From an uncultured virus (IMG/VR IMGVR_UViG_3300042894_003697) (Duplodnaviria > Heunggongvirae > Uroviricota > Caudoviricetes): a stretch of DNA of 20,000 nucleotides. The stretch is taken from the IMG/VR virus record IMGVR_UViG_3300042894_003697. The stretch is one strand, 5' to 3'. The notes beneath the pieces were generated by a model. It was given only the letters and a program-made list of their open reading frames with translations, was not told where the DNA came from and ran no database searches. Position 1 is the stretch's first letter. Each line of letters opens with the position of its first letter. A program made the translations under genes and the position numbers. Positions 7,122 to 15,557 of the stretch are shown one piece after another.

Positions 7122-9146
7122 TCAAAACACCCAGGAATAATAAGCTTTTACGTTGCGACTACCATCTGTTGCAACTGCAGATCTAACGCCCACAATTTGA
7201 CCATCTTTAAAATTGTGCTGATATTTTATACCTGCATAGGCAATTGGTGTTTTGCCAGTTAATTTATTTTGAATTTCACTGTAGTTCATATTTCCGTCAG
7301 CATCCACACTGGAAGGAGCAGTCAGAGTAACTTGGCCATGTGCCACTACGGGTTTGACCCCAGCAAACAAATTCCAATCATTCAATTGGTAGCCGGCCAT
7401 GCCATGCACTGCCACAATTGGTGTTATGTTGGTTACCATTGCAGTGTTATAATTGATCACGGTGGTCATGATACCGCCTTGAGCCCACCAACCTTGTGGC
7501 AGTGTATGACGTCCTTCTTTATCACCTGCCCGATATAGTCGACTGTATTCCACAGTGGTTGCCGAATTAGTTTGACCAAACATGCCAGATAAGTTCACAA
7601 AAGGATTGTATTGACTATTTGTCAAGGTCAGTTGATTGGCCCATTTTGCATCAGGTTCAAACATTCGACTGTCCACAGTAACTGTGCTGTCGGTGCCGGA
7701 CTGCGTTGCCAAAATAGGCATTTGCAAATTCTGCCCTGCAGTTAGGCCAGTCCATCTACCACTCCAGTTTGATCCAGGATCAGCATTGATCATTATGGGA
7801 TTTTGCATCATAGTGTTGGCGCTGACTGCTGGTGCCAAATTCACTGTGAAATCACGTTGCATACTGTCTACCACACTGACCGAACTCAATTTGGCAACTG
7901 CGGCAGTTGACACATTGCTCACTGCAATACCACCTGCAAGCGGCATGGTAGTTCCAGTGCGTCCGGTCATTGAAATTGCAAGGTTACCTAGTGGTTTTGT
8001 AGCTCGATCCAGATCCAGCAGGCCTTGCCCCATGATATTTGGATCATAGTTGGGTAAATTTTTGTTGGCAGTTTTTAACAACAACTGCACCTGATTGCTG
8101 GCAGTCATGTAGGGCCATAACTGACTAATAATTGCCACTGCACCTGCCACTGCTGGTGCAGCTTGACTTGAGCCAGACAGGGTTTTATATCCGGTTTTGC
8201 TCACCGAAGTGGGCACCGGGCCATTGACTGCTGAACCTGGTGCAAGAATGTAAAAATCAGATGTTTTGTACAAGTCTTTGCACACATCTGCTACAACATT
8301 TTTACACACAGTTCCGGCAGTGTTTCCTTCGACTTTCTGTAATCCTGAATTCCAATTGCCCACCACCAGCATCTGGCCATTCAGCACTAGACTGCCATTG
8401 GCGTTGGTAGCATTGGCAAATGTGGCCGGGTTTTGTACATAGGGCCGTCCTTGGTTGCCTGCACTGACTGTTAGCACCATTTTAGGACTTAGTACAGATG
8501 CCCATGCTTGCGGTGATTCTAAATTATAATAGGCTGCTCCGCCGTAATTTTTATCACTGCTCTTGTATATTCCGGGTGCTATCTTGGTCACGCTGGCAGT
8601 GTACGCAGAAGAATAACCGGTGTTGGCACTGAAATTGGCCACCACAATATTGGAATTCACAGTGTTGGCCCATTTCAGAGCACGGATGGCATTGCCGCTG
8701 GTTACATTAGCATTGTCACTGAGTTTGGCAATGGCCAAATTGGCATCAAATGCCACTCCCATAACACCAGTGGCAGTCATTGCTCCTGCTGCAATACCTG
8801 CTACATTTGATCCGTGACCATGGCGATCTTGTATGCCTTTGCCAGACAGGTCCAGTGTGGCTACAATTTTTCCAGGCGCACTAAACTGCGGACTTTTGAG
8901 ATCAATACCTGTGTCCATGATCAATATGGTACTGCCCTTGCCAGTCCATCCACGGCTCCAGGCATAGTTGGCACCAACAAGCAAATTGCTATTGTTTTTT
9001 GCCTGTGGCAAAAGAGACCAAGCATTGGGATCAGTGCTGAATACTGTACTAGGTGTGCCTAGATACGGACTGTTGTAAGCGGTGGTTGTTTGAGCCGCGC
9101 ACAGTGCAGAATGTAGCACCACAGTGGCCAATATGAGTTTTTTCAC
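7122..9146 (-). CDS. Secreted S8 (subtilisin-like) serine protease with beta-rich C-terminal region
   Basis: Triad DTG / HGSNVAG / GSSQAAP and oxyanion SAGN. Likely GTG start at 9146 (GGGAGA RBS) gives the signal peptide MKKLILATVVLHSALCAA. Ends KAYYSWVF. Confidence 0.88.
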   Translation of the reverse strand: MKKLILATVVLHSALCAAQTTTAYNSPYLGTPSTVFSTDPNAWSLLPQAKNNSNLLVGANYAWSRGWTGKGSTILIMDTGIDLKSPQFSAPGKIVATLDLSGKGIQDRHGHGSNVAGIAAGAMTATGVMGVAFDANLAIAKLSDNANVTSGNAIRALKWANTVNSNIVVANFSANTGYSSAYTASVTKIAPGIYKSSDKNYGGAAYYNLESPQAWASVLSPKMVLTVSAGNQGRPYVQNPATFANATNANGSLVLNGQMLVVGNWNSGLQKVEGNTAGTVCKNVVADVCKDLYKTSDFYILAPGSAVNGPVPTSVSKTGYKTLSGSSQAAPAVAGAVAIISQLWPYMTASNQVQLLLKTANKNLPNYDPNIMGQGLLDLDRATKPLGNLAISMTGRTGTTMPLAGGIAVSNVSTAAVAKLSSVSVVDSMQRDFTVNLAPAVSANTMMQNPIMINADPGSNWSGRWTGLTAGQNLQMPILATQSGTDSTVTVDSRMFEPDAKWANQLTLTNSQYNPFVNLSGMFGQTNSATTVEYSRLYRAGDKEGRHTLPQGWWAQGGIMTTVINYNTAMVTNITPIVAVHGMAGYQLNDWNLFAGVKPVVAHGQVTLTAPSSVDADGNMNYSEIQNKLTGKTPIAYAGIKYQHNFKDGQIVGVRSAVATDGSRNVKAYYSWVF

Positions 9147-9176
9147 GGAATCTCCCAATTAAAGTTATGATACTCT

Positions 9177-9205
9177 ATTATACAATAGAGTTATTTTTAA
9201 GTCAA
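9177..9205 (-). promoter_or_regulatory. Sigma70-type promoter of the S8 protease gene
   Basis: TTGACT (9205-9200), 17 bp, TATAAT (9182-9177); an 8-bp inverted repeat ACTCTATT-N4-AATAGAGT (9172-9191) covers the -10. Confidence 0.85.
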
Positions 9206-9210
9206 CCAAA

Positions 9211-10047
9211 TTATCTAGGTGCAAACTCTTGTTGCAGTTTGATATTATCAAAGAACTCTTTTTTGGTACTTTGATCAGTATTAAATGCACCTTTTAGCAC
9301 TGTAGTTTGAGTCAAACTGCTGTGTGCCATGATGCCGCGGTTTTCGCAACATCCATGTACTGCTTGAATATAAACACCTAGGTCTGTTGCACCTGTGGCC
9401 TTTTCAATTTCTCTTGCAATGTCGTTACACAGTTCTTCCTGTAGTGTGCCACGACGAGCACACCACTGAGCAATACGAGTGTACTTGCTAAGGCCAATGA
9501 GCTTTTGAGCGGCAAGAATCCCGATATAAGCAACGCCACTGACAGGTTGGTGGTGATGACTGCACATACTGCGAAGCTCACTACGTACCACAAGCATTCC
9601 GGTGTATCGGTCTTCGCTGTCGTTTGGAAATGCTGTTGCGTCGGGTGCTGGTTCATATCTTCCTGCCATTATTTCGTTAAAATACATTTTGGCCAATCGC
9701 TTGGCTGTGCCTTTTGAGTTGGGATCGGTTTCGCGATCAATGAGCAATCGATCCAGCACTAGTTCAAATGCTTCTGCGGCTTCGTTGATTAGGACATCTT
9801 TGTCGGCTTCGCTAACATAATCGCTGATGTTATCACCTGCCCAGAAACGTTTTTTATCACGTTGCATTTTAAAGCGAATGGCATTGCCCAGGTATGATTC
9901 TTCATAGCCGCCATCTCCGGCCATGGCATCTAGGCCTGTTTCTGTTTTAACGTACACCTCTTTACCTAGAGGTTCGAATTTGTCTGGTACAAATTTGTTA
10001 TCTGTATCTGAATGGAATACTGAATCTGGTGTGAATTCTTTTGTCAA
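9211..10047 (-). CDS. folE: GTP cyclohydrolase I
   Basis: DPNSKGTAKRLAKMY, SMCSHHHQP, IGLSKYTRIA, LQEEL, HGCCENRG; TTG start with GGAG RBS; N-terminal extension. Confidence 0.95.
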   Translation of the reverse strand: MTKEFTPDSVFHSDTDNKFVPDKFEPLGKEVYVKTETGLDAMAGDGGYEESYLGNAIRFKMQRDKKRFWAGDNISDYVSEADKDVLINEAAEAFELVLDRLLIDRETDPNSKGTAKRLAKMYFNEIMAGRYEPAPDATAFPNDSEDRYTGMLVVRSELRSMCSHHHQPVSGVAYIGILAAQKLIGLSKYTRIAQWCARRGTLQEELCNDIAREIEKATGATDLGVYIQAVHGCCENRGIMAHSSLTQTTVLKGAFNTDQSTKKEFFDNIKLQQEFAPR

Positions 10048-10087
10048 TTATTGTTCTCCGAGTTATAGCCGTGGATGGCATTTGTTA

Positions 10088-10116
10088 ATTGTAATGTATT
10101 TAGATCTAAAAGTCAA
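10088..10116 (-). promoter_or_regulatory. Sigma70-type promoter of folE
   Basis: TTGACT (10116-10111), 17 bp, TACAAT (10093-10088); the spacer contains TAAATA. Confidence 0.75.
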
Positions 10117-10649
10117 GACTTTAAAAATCCAGATACCTGTAATGTATATTTGTCTTGCATACCTGCGTTTGCACTTAAATGCAGTACTTCGTTATCCCAA
10201 ATAAATCCATCACCTGCTTTCCAGTCAACATCGGTACTGTACCCAGAATCAGATTGATATTGAATCAAATGGCCTAATTTATAATCTTCAAGATATATGT
10301 TTGCCCTAACTTTACGCTCTTTTCGATCTGGATATTTTTTATTAATTTGATAAAACGTATCTCTATGCAACGGAACTACGCAGCCAGGAGGTTGTAAAAT
10401 TGTACTCACTGTAACTACTTCAATGCCAAGTTTTTCTCCAATAGAGTTGTAATCAATTTGCTCCGGACTCCACCAAAGTTGGTGTATTAGTGTATTTTCT
10501 AAGCAGTATGATTTAGGAAACCCGCCATACTCTTTGTGTACATCAGTGAGTTCGTAAACTTGATGTTTAATACAACTACCAGAGTGAGTGGTATAATCTG
10601 CATTTATAAAAATGCCAAAGTCGATGTCAATATGAATTTTAGATAGCAT
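10113..10649 (-). CDS. Putative Fe(II)/2-oxoglutarate-dependent oxygenase (cupin/DSBH fold)
   Basis: QPPGCVVPLHRD (HxD), WKAGD, distal HLSANAG. Confidence 0.6.
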   Translation of the reverse strand: MLSKIHIDIDFGIFINADYTTHSGSCIKHQVYELTDVHKEYGGFPKSYCLENTLIHQLWWSPEQIDYNSIGEKLGIEVVTVSTILQPPGCVVPLHRDTFYQINKKYPDRKERKVRANIYLEDYKLGHLIQYQSDSGYSTDVDWKAGDGFIWDNEVLHLSANAGMQDKYTLQVSGFLKS

Positions 10650-10658
10650 GATTTTTGC

Positions 10659-11258
10659 TTAAGGTATTATGACAATATTTCGCAAATCTGGATAAGCAAC
10701 AAATTTAGGTTCTGGTTGCAGCTCTTTTAGAACTTCTAATGAAGCCAGTCCCTGTTCCGCTTCTTCGATAGTAGGTTTGTAATGATAGCCAACTCTAAAA
10801 GTCTTTTGGGTTTCCCAGGGACTAACTGTCAAGTTTCTGCCGTCATATCTTTGTTGCAGAATAGTGTTATAAGCCTTTTCATCATCTAACAGTATAGCAC
10901 CACCGCGGCCTATATGTAAAGGTTTTCCGTGTCCAAAACTTAGACATTGCATGGTTCCGGGACGATACATGTTGTGTTGCAACCTTCGAGCACTGTCCCA
11001 AATACGTGTGCCCACAATGGGATATTCACCAACCCAGCGTTGCCATTCGTGATCTTGATAAGTGTAGTTGATGCCCAGTTTATGCATGGTCATAGGAATA
11101 CTTAAATAAGTGTAGGGAGTTAACTCACACTCCTTGACTTGGTCATAGCGCAGGCATAGCTCAATTGCATGGGTGCAACAATCCGTCATGATTGCATAAG
11201 GTGCGCCGGTAAACTCAGACAACGATTGTTCAAATTTTAGTATTTTATCAAAGCTCAT
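10659..11258 (-). CDS. Short DegT/DnrJ/EryC1/StrS-family PLP aminotransferase
   Basis: FEQSLSEFTGAPYAIMTDCCTHAIELCL, WDSA, LSFGHGKPLHIGRGGAIL (Lys kept), GYHY; only 199 aa. Confidence 0.8.
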   Translation of the reverse strand: MSFDKILKFEQSLSEFTGAPYAIMTDCCTHAIELCLRYDQVKECELTPYTYLSIPMTMHKLGINYTYQDHEWQRWVGEYPIVGTRIWDSARRLQHNMYRPGTMQCLSFGHGKPLHIGRGGAILLDDEKAYNTILQQRYDGRNLTVSPWETQKTFRVGYHYKPTIEEAEQGLASLEVLKELQPEPKFVAYPDLRNIVIIP

Positions 11259-11267
11259 TTATATTTT

Positions 11268-12290
11268 TCAAATTATATCTTTAATTCTTTTATATACCAG
11301 TTCTTCAACTTTGGTACTATTAATAAGTTCATAGTTGTGTTTAATTTCTCTTAAATGATTAAAATAAAAATTTTCAATGAAATCTTTACCCTTGGCCACT
11401 GTGGTGATAATATTTTCAATCTTTTGCAGCACTGGCATTTGATCAAAGCCCATTGGTAGTAAATCCTCCATCATCTCAAACCCTAATCCTTTGAGATAGT
11501 CAATATGTCCACGAGGCGCCAGCATGATGGGGACCTGCCCAGCCAGGAATGGTTTATAACTTTTTTCTGTATTGACATTTATACTTATGTTTCTACTGTA
11601 TGGATATTCTTCACATTCAGATTCAGTTACAATATTACAATAGGCCTTGGTGTAGGCATCATGACTAATTAAATTGTTGTTAGCAAAATTTACATCTGAC
11701 GCCGAGTCAGGCGGCTCGATGTATCGAATAGGCAATAAACTTTTATATTTTTCAAAATGTTCAAGATTTAAGATTTTTGCATCTTGCTCAACTCGAGTAA
11801 TTGCATAGCTGTCGCCTATAATATTCTGTGAAAAAATAATATCATTTAATAAATTATTTTTATATAAATTATACCCTAATAATGTTCTGTGAATATTGTC
11901 AGTGTTGTTTAAGCAGCTAAATCCATATGTCAGGCCGCTGGACTTATTAGTAAACGGATTCAATGTTTTTTGCATCCTCCAATAATATAATGGATACGAT
12001 ATTTCCCAACATCTAGCATCAAATTTAGTGTTGGTGTATCCCAACGTTTGTAAAAAAATATTTTTATTTTTTAAATTAGGGTGATTAAATATTTTTTCTG
12101 TTGTATCAACATATCTCCAAACATCTCCGTTGGTTAGTAGTACAGTGTCAACAGGGCCTGTGATTTTATCCAGTGTTTTTAAAATATCATCAGGAAACTG
12201 ACTACCTATTGGAATACATCTTTTATGTTCTCCTGGCAGTATACTTAATAATTGTGCAAACACCTGATTATTTGATAGATTTGGATTCAT
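11268..12290 (-). CDS. Hypothetical protein, possible GT-B-like glycosyltransferase
   Basis: FSCLN..HR, NIVTES..TEKSYKPF..P, EIKHNY pattern; very AT-rich; flanked by sugar genes. Confidence 0.45.
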   Translation of the reverse strand: MNPNLSNNQVFAQLLSILPGEHKRCIPIGSQFPDDILKTLDKITGPVDTVLLTNGDVWRYVDTTEKIFNHPNLKNKNIFLQTLGYTNTKFDARCWEISYPLYYWRMQKTLNPFTNKSSGLTYGFSCLNNTDNIHRTLLGYNLYKNNLLNDIIFSQNIIGDSYAITRVEQDAKILNLEHFEKYKSLLPIRYIEPPDSASDVNFANNNLISHDAYTKAYCNIVTESECEEYPYSRNISINVNTEKSYKPFLAGQVPIMLAPRGHIDYLKGLGFEMMEDLLPMGFDQMPVLQKIENIITTVAKGKDFIENFYFNHLREIKHNYELINSTKVEELVYKRIKDII

Positions 12291-13225
12291 AAATTATACC
12301 ATTTCCATGCATGACTAATAATATCTGTAAGTGTGTGTTTAGATTGCCATCCTGTTGTCTTTTGGAATTTATCGGCCTCACTTACTAATATTGCAGGATC
12401 TCCGGGTCTTTTATCTTTAAAAACTATAGGAAATTCAATACCAGTTACAGTTGTAATTTCATTTAGTATTTCTAAATTACTAATACCTCTATCAGTGCCA
12501 ATATTATAAACTCCAGCTGGTATTTTTCTATCAAACGCCGCAATATGGGCTGATGCTATGTCATCAACGTGAACATAATCACGAATACAAGTTCCGTCAG
12601 GAGTTTCATAATTGTTTCCATACAAAGTAAAATCTGTTTTATTTTTAATGCTTTCCAATGCACGAGCAATAATATGAGTAGCACCTGGTTCTTGACCGTG
12701 CCGTCCTAGTGTATCTGCGCCGGCTGCATTGAAATAACGAAACGCTATGTAATCTAAATTATACGCCCGATTATATGCTTTCAATATCCATTCAATTGCC
12801 AGTTTAGTTTCACCATAGGGGCTAATAGGTTCGCACGGATCAACTTCACTGCAAGGTGTCATAATAGGTATGCCGTATACTGCTGCACTTGAACTAAACA
12901 TAAGTCTAGTGTCAGGTGCATGCTTTACCATGATGTCTAATAATGCCAATGTTTTAACTATGTTATTATTATAGTATTCTTTAGGGTCGGTCACACTAGG
13001 ACCAACCAAACTACTACCGGCACAATGGATTACGATATCGGCATCGGAATTGCCAATGAATTCTAAAACATCAACAAAATCTGACTCAATGAATTGATCA
13101 AAACAAAATTTTAAATGATCTGGGCACGGACGGCGATCAATTCCGATAACTGAATATCCTGCATCTTTTAATTTCAATGACATTACTCCGCCGATAAATC
13201 CTGACGCACCTGTTACTATAATCAT
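12287..13225 (-). CDS. galE: UDP-glucose 4-epimerase
   Basis: TGASGFIG, FSSSAAVYG, PISPYGETK, RYFNAAGAD, TPDGTCIRDYVHVDDIA, RPGDPAIL. Confidence 0.9.
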   Translation of the reverse strand: MIIVTGASGFIGGVMSLKLKDAGYSVIGIDRRPCPDHLKFCFDQFIESDFVDVLEFIGNSDADIVIHCAGSSLVGPSVTDPKEYYNNNIVKTLALLDIMVKHAPDTRLMFSSSAAVYGIPIMTPCSEVDPCEPISPYGETKLAIEWILKAYNRAYNLDYIAFRYFNAAGADTLGRHGQEPGATHIIARALESIKNKTDFTLYGNNYETPDGTCIRDYVHVDDIASAHIAAFDRKIPAGVYNIGTDRGISNLEILNEITTVTGIEFPIVFKDKRPGDPAILVSEADKFQKTTGWQSKHTLTDIISHAWKWYNL

Positions 13226-14424
13226 TGTTCAACCTTTACCACTTGATATTTTTCATGCGGCACATGATCTCTATATCTGTTACCACTACGATTCCACTGC
13301 TCACCGTTGCCTTGTAAGATATCGACTACCCGATCAATTGTGCCGTCATTCCAGTCTGAAATCAAACCCATATTATGATGTGGGCGTTCTAGTAAATTAT
13401 GCAGTTTCGTATAAGCATCATCTATGCTCCAAGGAATGTAGAGCCTGTTAGGGTCATTTGCAAAAGTCTCAGGAAAACTGCGGTAAGCAGGATATAGTAC
13501 ATTGGCTCCAAGGGTATCTGCTTCGCTAACAGTGTTGGAGACCCAGTCTTGTAAAGCACAGTTAAACAACACACGAGTATCGTTAAGGAGAGCATAGTAA
13601 TCGTTCTTGCTTAGATTATCGTAAATTTTTAACTTGCCTTGACGGGCCAAATCATCTGCACGATCTATAAATTTTCGATTGTTGCTACGCAATGGCCCAC
13701 CGGAGAATATAGCAAATTCTACAGGATACGGACCTTGCGCATGCCACATCTCAATCAAGTCCATATAAAAGTCAGGTTGCTTTTCTTGATCAAACCTTGC
13801 AGCAAATCCCACACGTTGTGTACGATTGTTAAATGGTTGTACATTATCTGCACCGCCAATGCGTTCTAGAACTTCCTCTTTGCCAAATGCCAACCCACTG
13901 ATATTGTATATAGAAGCACTCCAGCCGGCAATACGCATATGAGCAACCATCTCTTCGTTGGTGGCAAGAACTCCGTCCACAAACTCATTAACCATTTGTT
14001 CGTAGAGTCCCATCCATTTTGCCATACCCCATACATGTACGAAGTCATCAGGATCAATGGACTGAGCAAGACAGCGCACGTACACACGAGGCCGCTGATC
14101 AGCAGGGATCTGATCAAATATGTAAGGAAGGGACTCAATTCCGGGTTGAAACATGTCTTCAAAGTAGATAACATCTTCATATGTGACCTCTCCGTTTTTC
14201 ATTAACTGAACCAGGTTCATCATTTGGCTCATGCCAAAATAACTGCGTCCATGTGCGTCCAGCACCTGTCCTACCGAAATAGCTTGACTATTGTCAATAG
14301 TTGTACCCGGAACGTACACAACGTCAAGACCTCTGCGGTCAAACACACGTCGGTTCCATTCTGTCAGTTGTAGGGTGTAACGGGCTTCGTAACTTTCCAA
14401 GCCCATGTAGTATAGTTTTCTCAT
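13222..14424 (-). CDS. GT-B-fold glycosyltransferase (GT4-like), phage type
   Basis: FAARFDQEKQPDF, LSKNDYYALL, ALQDWVSNTVSEADTLGANVLYP (E-x7-E-like donor-binding region). Confidence 0.75.
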   Translation of the reverse strand: MRKLYYMGLESYEARYTLQLTEWNRRVFDRRGLDVVYVPGTTIDNSQAISVGQVLDAHGRSYFGMSQMMNLVQLMKNGEVTYEDVIYFEDMFQPGIESLPYIFDQIPADQRPRVYVRCLAQSIDPDDFVHVWGMAKWMGLYEQMVNEFVDGVLATNEEMVAHMRIAGWSASIYNISGLAFGKEEVLERIGGADNVQPFNNRTQRVGFAARFDQEKQPDFYMDLIEMWHAQGPYPVEFAIFSGGPLRSNNRKFIDRADDLARQGKLKIYDNLSKNDYYALLNDTRVLFNCALQDWVSNTVSEADTLGANVLYPAYRSFPETFANDPNRLYIPWSIDDAYTKLHNLLERPHHNMGLISDWNDGTIDRVVDILQGNGEQWNRSGNRYRDHVPHEKYQVVKVEQ

Positions 14425-15314
14425 TGGGGTACTTTCTCTAGTAGTTTATTGAACATTATAGCATCAGTTGGGAATTTGTCAAGCCCATCACACCGAATCT
14501 CATAACCGTTTGCTCTCAGTCGTTGTTGCACAATGGCTTCTGCTATGATGTTGATAGGTTGCCACTCCAATGGTTGATTGGTAATGGCACAATCAATAAT
14601 CTGGTCTAACAATTCAAACTCGTCCACAATGTATTTCTGTGCCTGTTGCCATTCAGTTACAAACTCGGTAAGATCTTTGGTGTTGGTTAACTCACAGTGA
14701 TGTATTATTTTGAGCAACGATTCTTTGGTATTGTACAAGATATTGGTATTGGTAAGTTTTAACCAATCATCGGGTACCTGATGTTGAGCATCAATGAACT
14801 CCTGCACAAACCCTGTGTAAAATAGACTCAGCCATTCTCTTAGTTCCCAGGTTTTCATCTGCGACCAATGAGTGTAGTCTTGATTCCAATTCACAATGTT
14901 GTGTTGATTGTCACCAACGATAATATCAAGTCCGGTATTCATGTAACTGATGCAGACCTTGTGATACTTAAACAACAAGTTTAGTTCACATGCTCTGAGG
15001 TCTGGTTGGAATACTAGGATTTTCGTATCTGTTGGCCAGGACTTGATCAATGAAAAATGCTCGAGTATCGTAGGAAGTTTAAATTCCTTAAACGGATACG
15101 TTGGCGTAGTAATGGCATTACTATTAGGCGTATCATGTTTAAGGAAATGATCCAAGATATTGACATTTGTCACATGTTGTTCTTTAACAAACGAATGCAT
15201 AGACCCATCATCTAAGATTTTAGAGTCAATTGGTACACTATGATCGGTGTAATTGTGTAGCACTGATTCTATGGTACTACCAAAAGACCCGCAATCAAAG
15301 AACACATGGATCAT
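14421..15314 (-). CDS. Hypothetical protein (possible P-loop/sulfotransferase-like N-terminus)
   Basis: 297-aa ORF coupled by ATGA overlaps at both ends; N-terminal HVFFDCGSFGSTIE. Function unsupported. Confidence 0.6.
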   Translation of the reverse strand: MIHVFFDCGSFGSTIESVLHNYTDHSVPIDSKILDDGSMHSFVKEQHVTNVNILDHFLKHDTPNSNAITTPTYPFKEFKLPTILEHFSLIKSWPTDTKILVFQPDLRACELNLLFKYHKVCISYMNTGLDIIVGDNQHNIVNWNQDYTHWSQMKTWELREWLSLFYTGFVQEFIDAQHQVPDDWLKLTNTNILYNTKESLLKIIHHCELTNTKDLTEFVTEWQQAQKYIVDEFELLDQIIDCAITNQPLEWQPINIIAEAIVQQRLRANGYEIRCDGLDKFPTDAIMFNKLLEKVPQ

Positions 15315-15538
15315 GCAGAACGATATCCTGCAAATCTACGACCGTCCTCACTCCACATGTTCTTGGCATTTTTGCCTTGATGCCATTTGTTAAACTGTTG
15401 CCAGGCATAGCTTTTGAAGTTGTAAAGATCGCTCTCGTTGTAACGATATCCGTAGTCTTGGCAAAATTCCAAAAACCGTTCGAGATCTTCAAAAATTGGT
15501 TGAACACGTGGGTTTGGTTTGATGTCAAATTTGGCCAT
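15311..15538 (-). CDS. Small hypothetical protein
   Basis: AAGGA RBS upstream of ATG; ATGA overlap with the next gene. Confidence 0.75.
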   Translation of the reverse strand: MAKFDIKPNPRVQPIFEDLERFLEFCQDYGYRYNESDLYNFKSYAWQQFNKWHQGKNAKNMWSEDGRRFAGYRSA

Positions 15539-15557
15539 AGTATGATTATCCTTTTGA

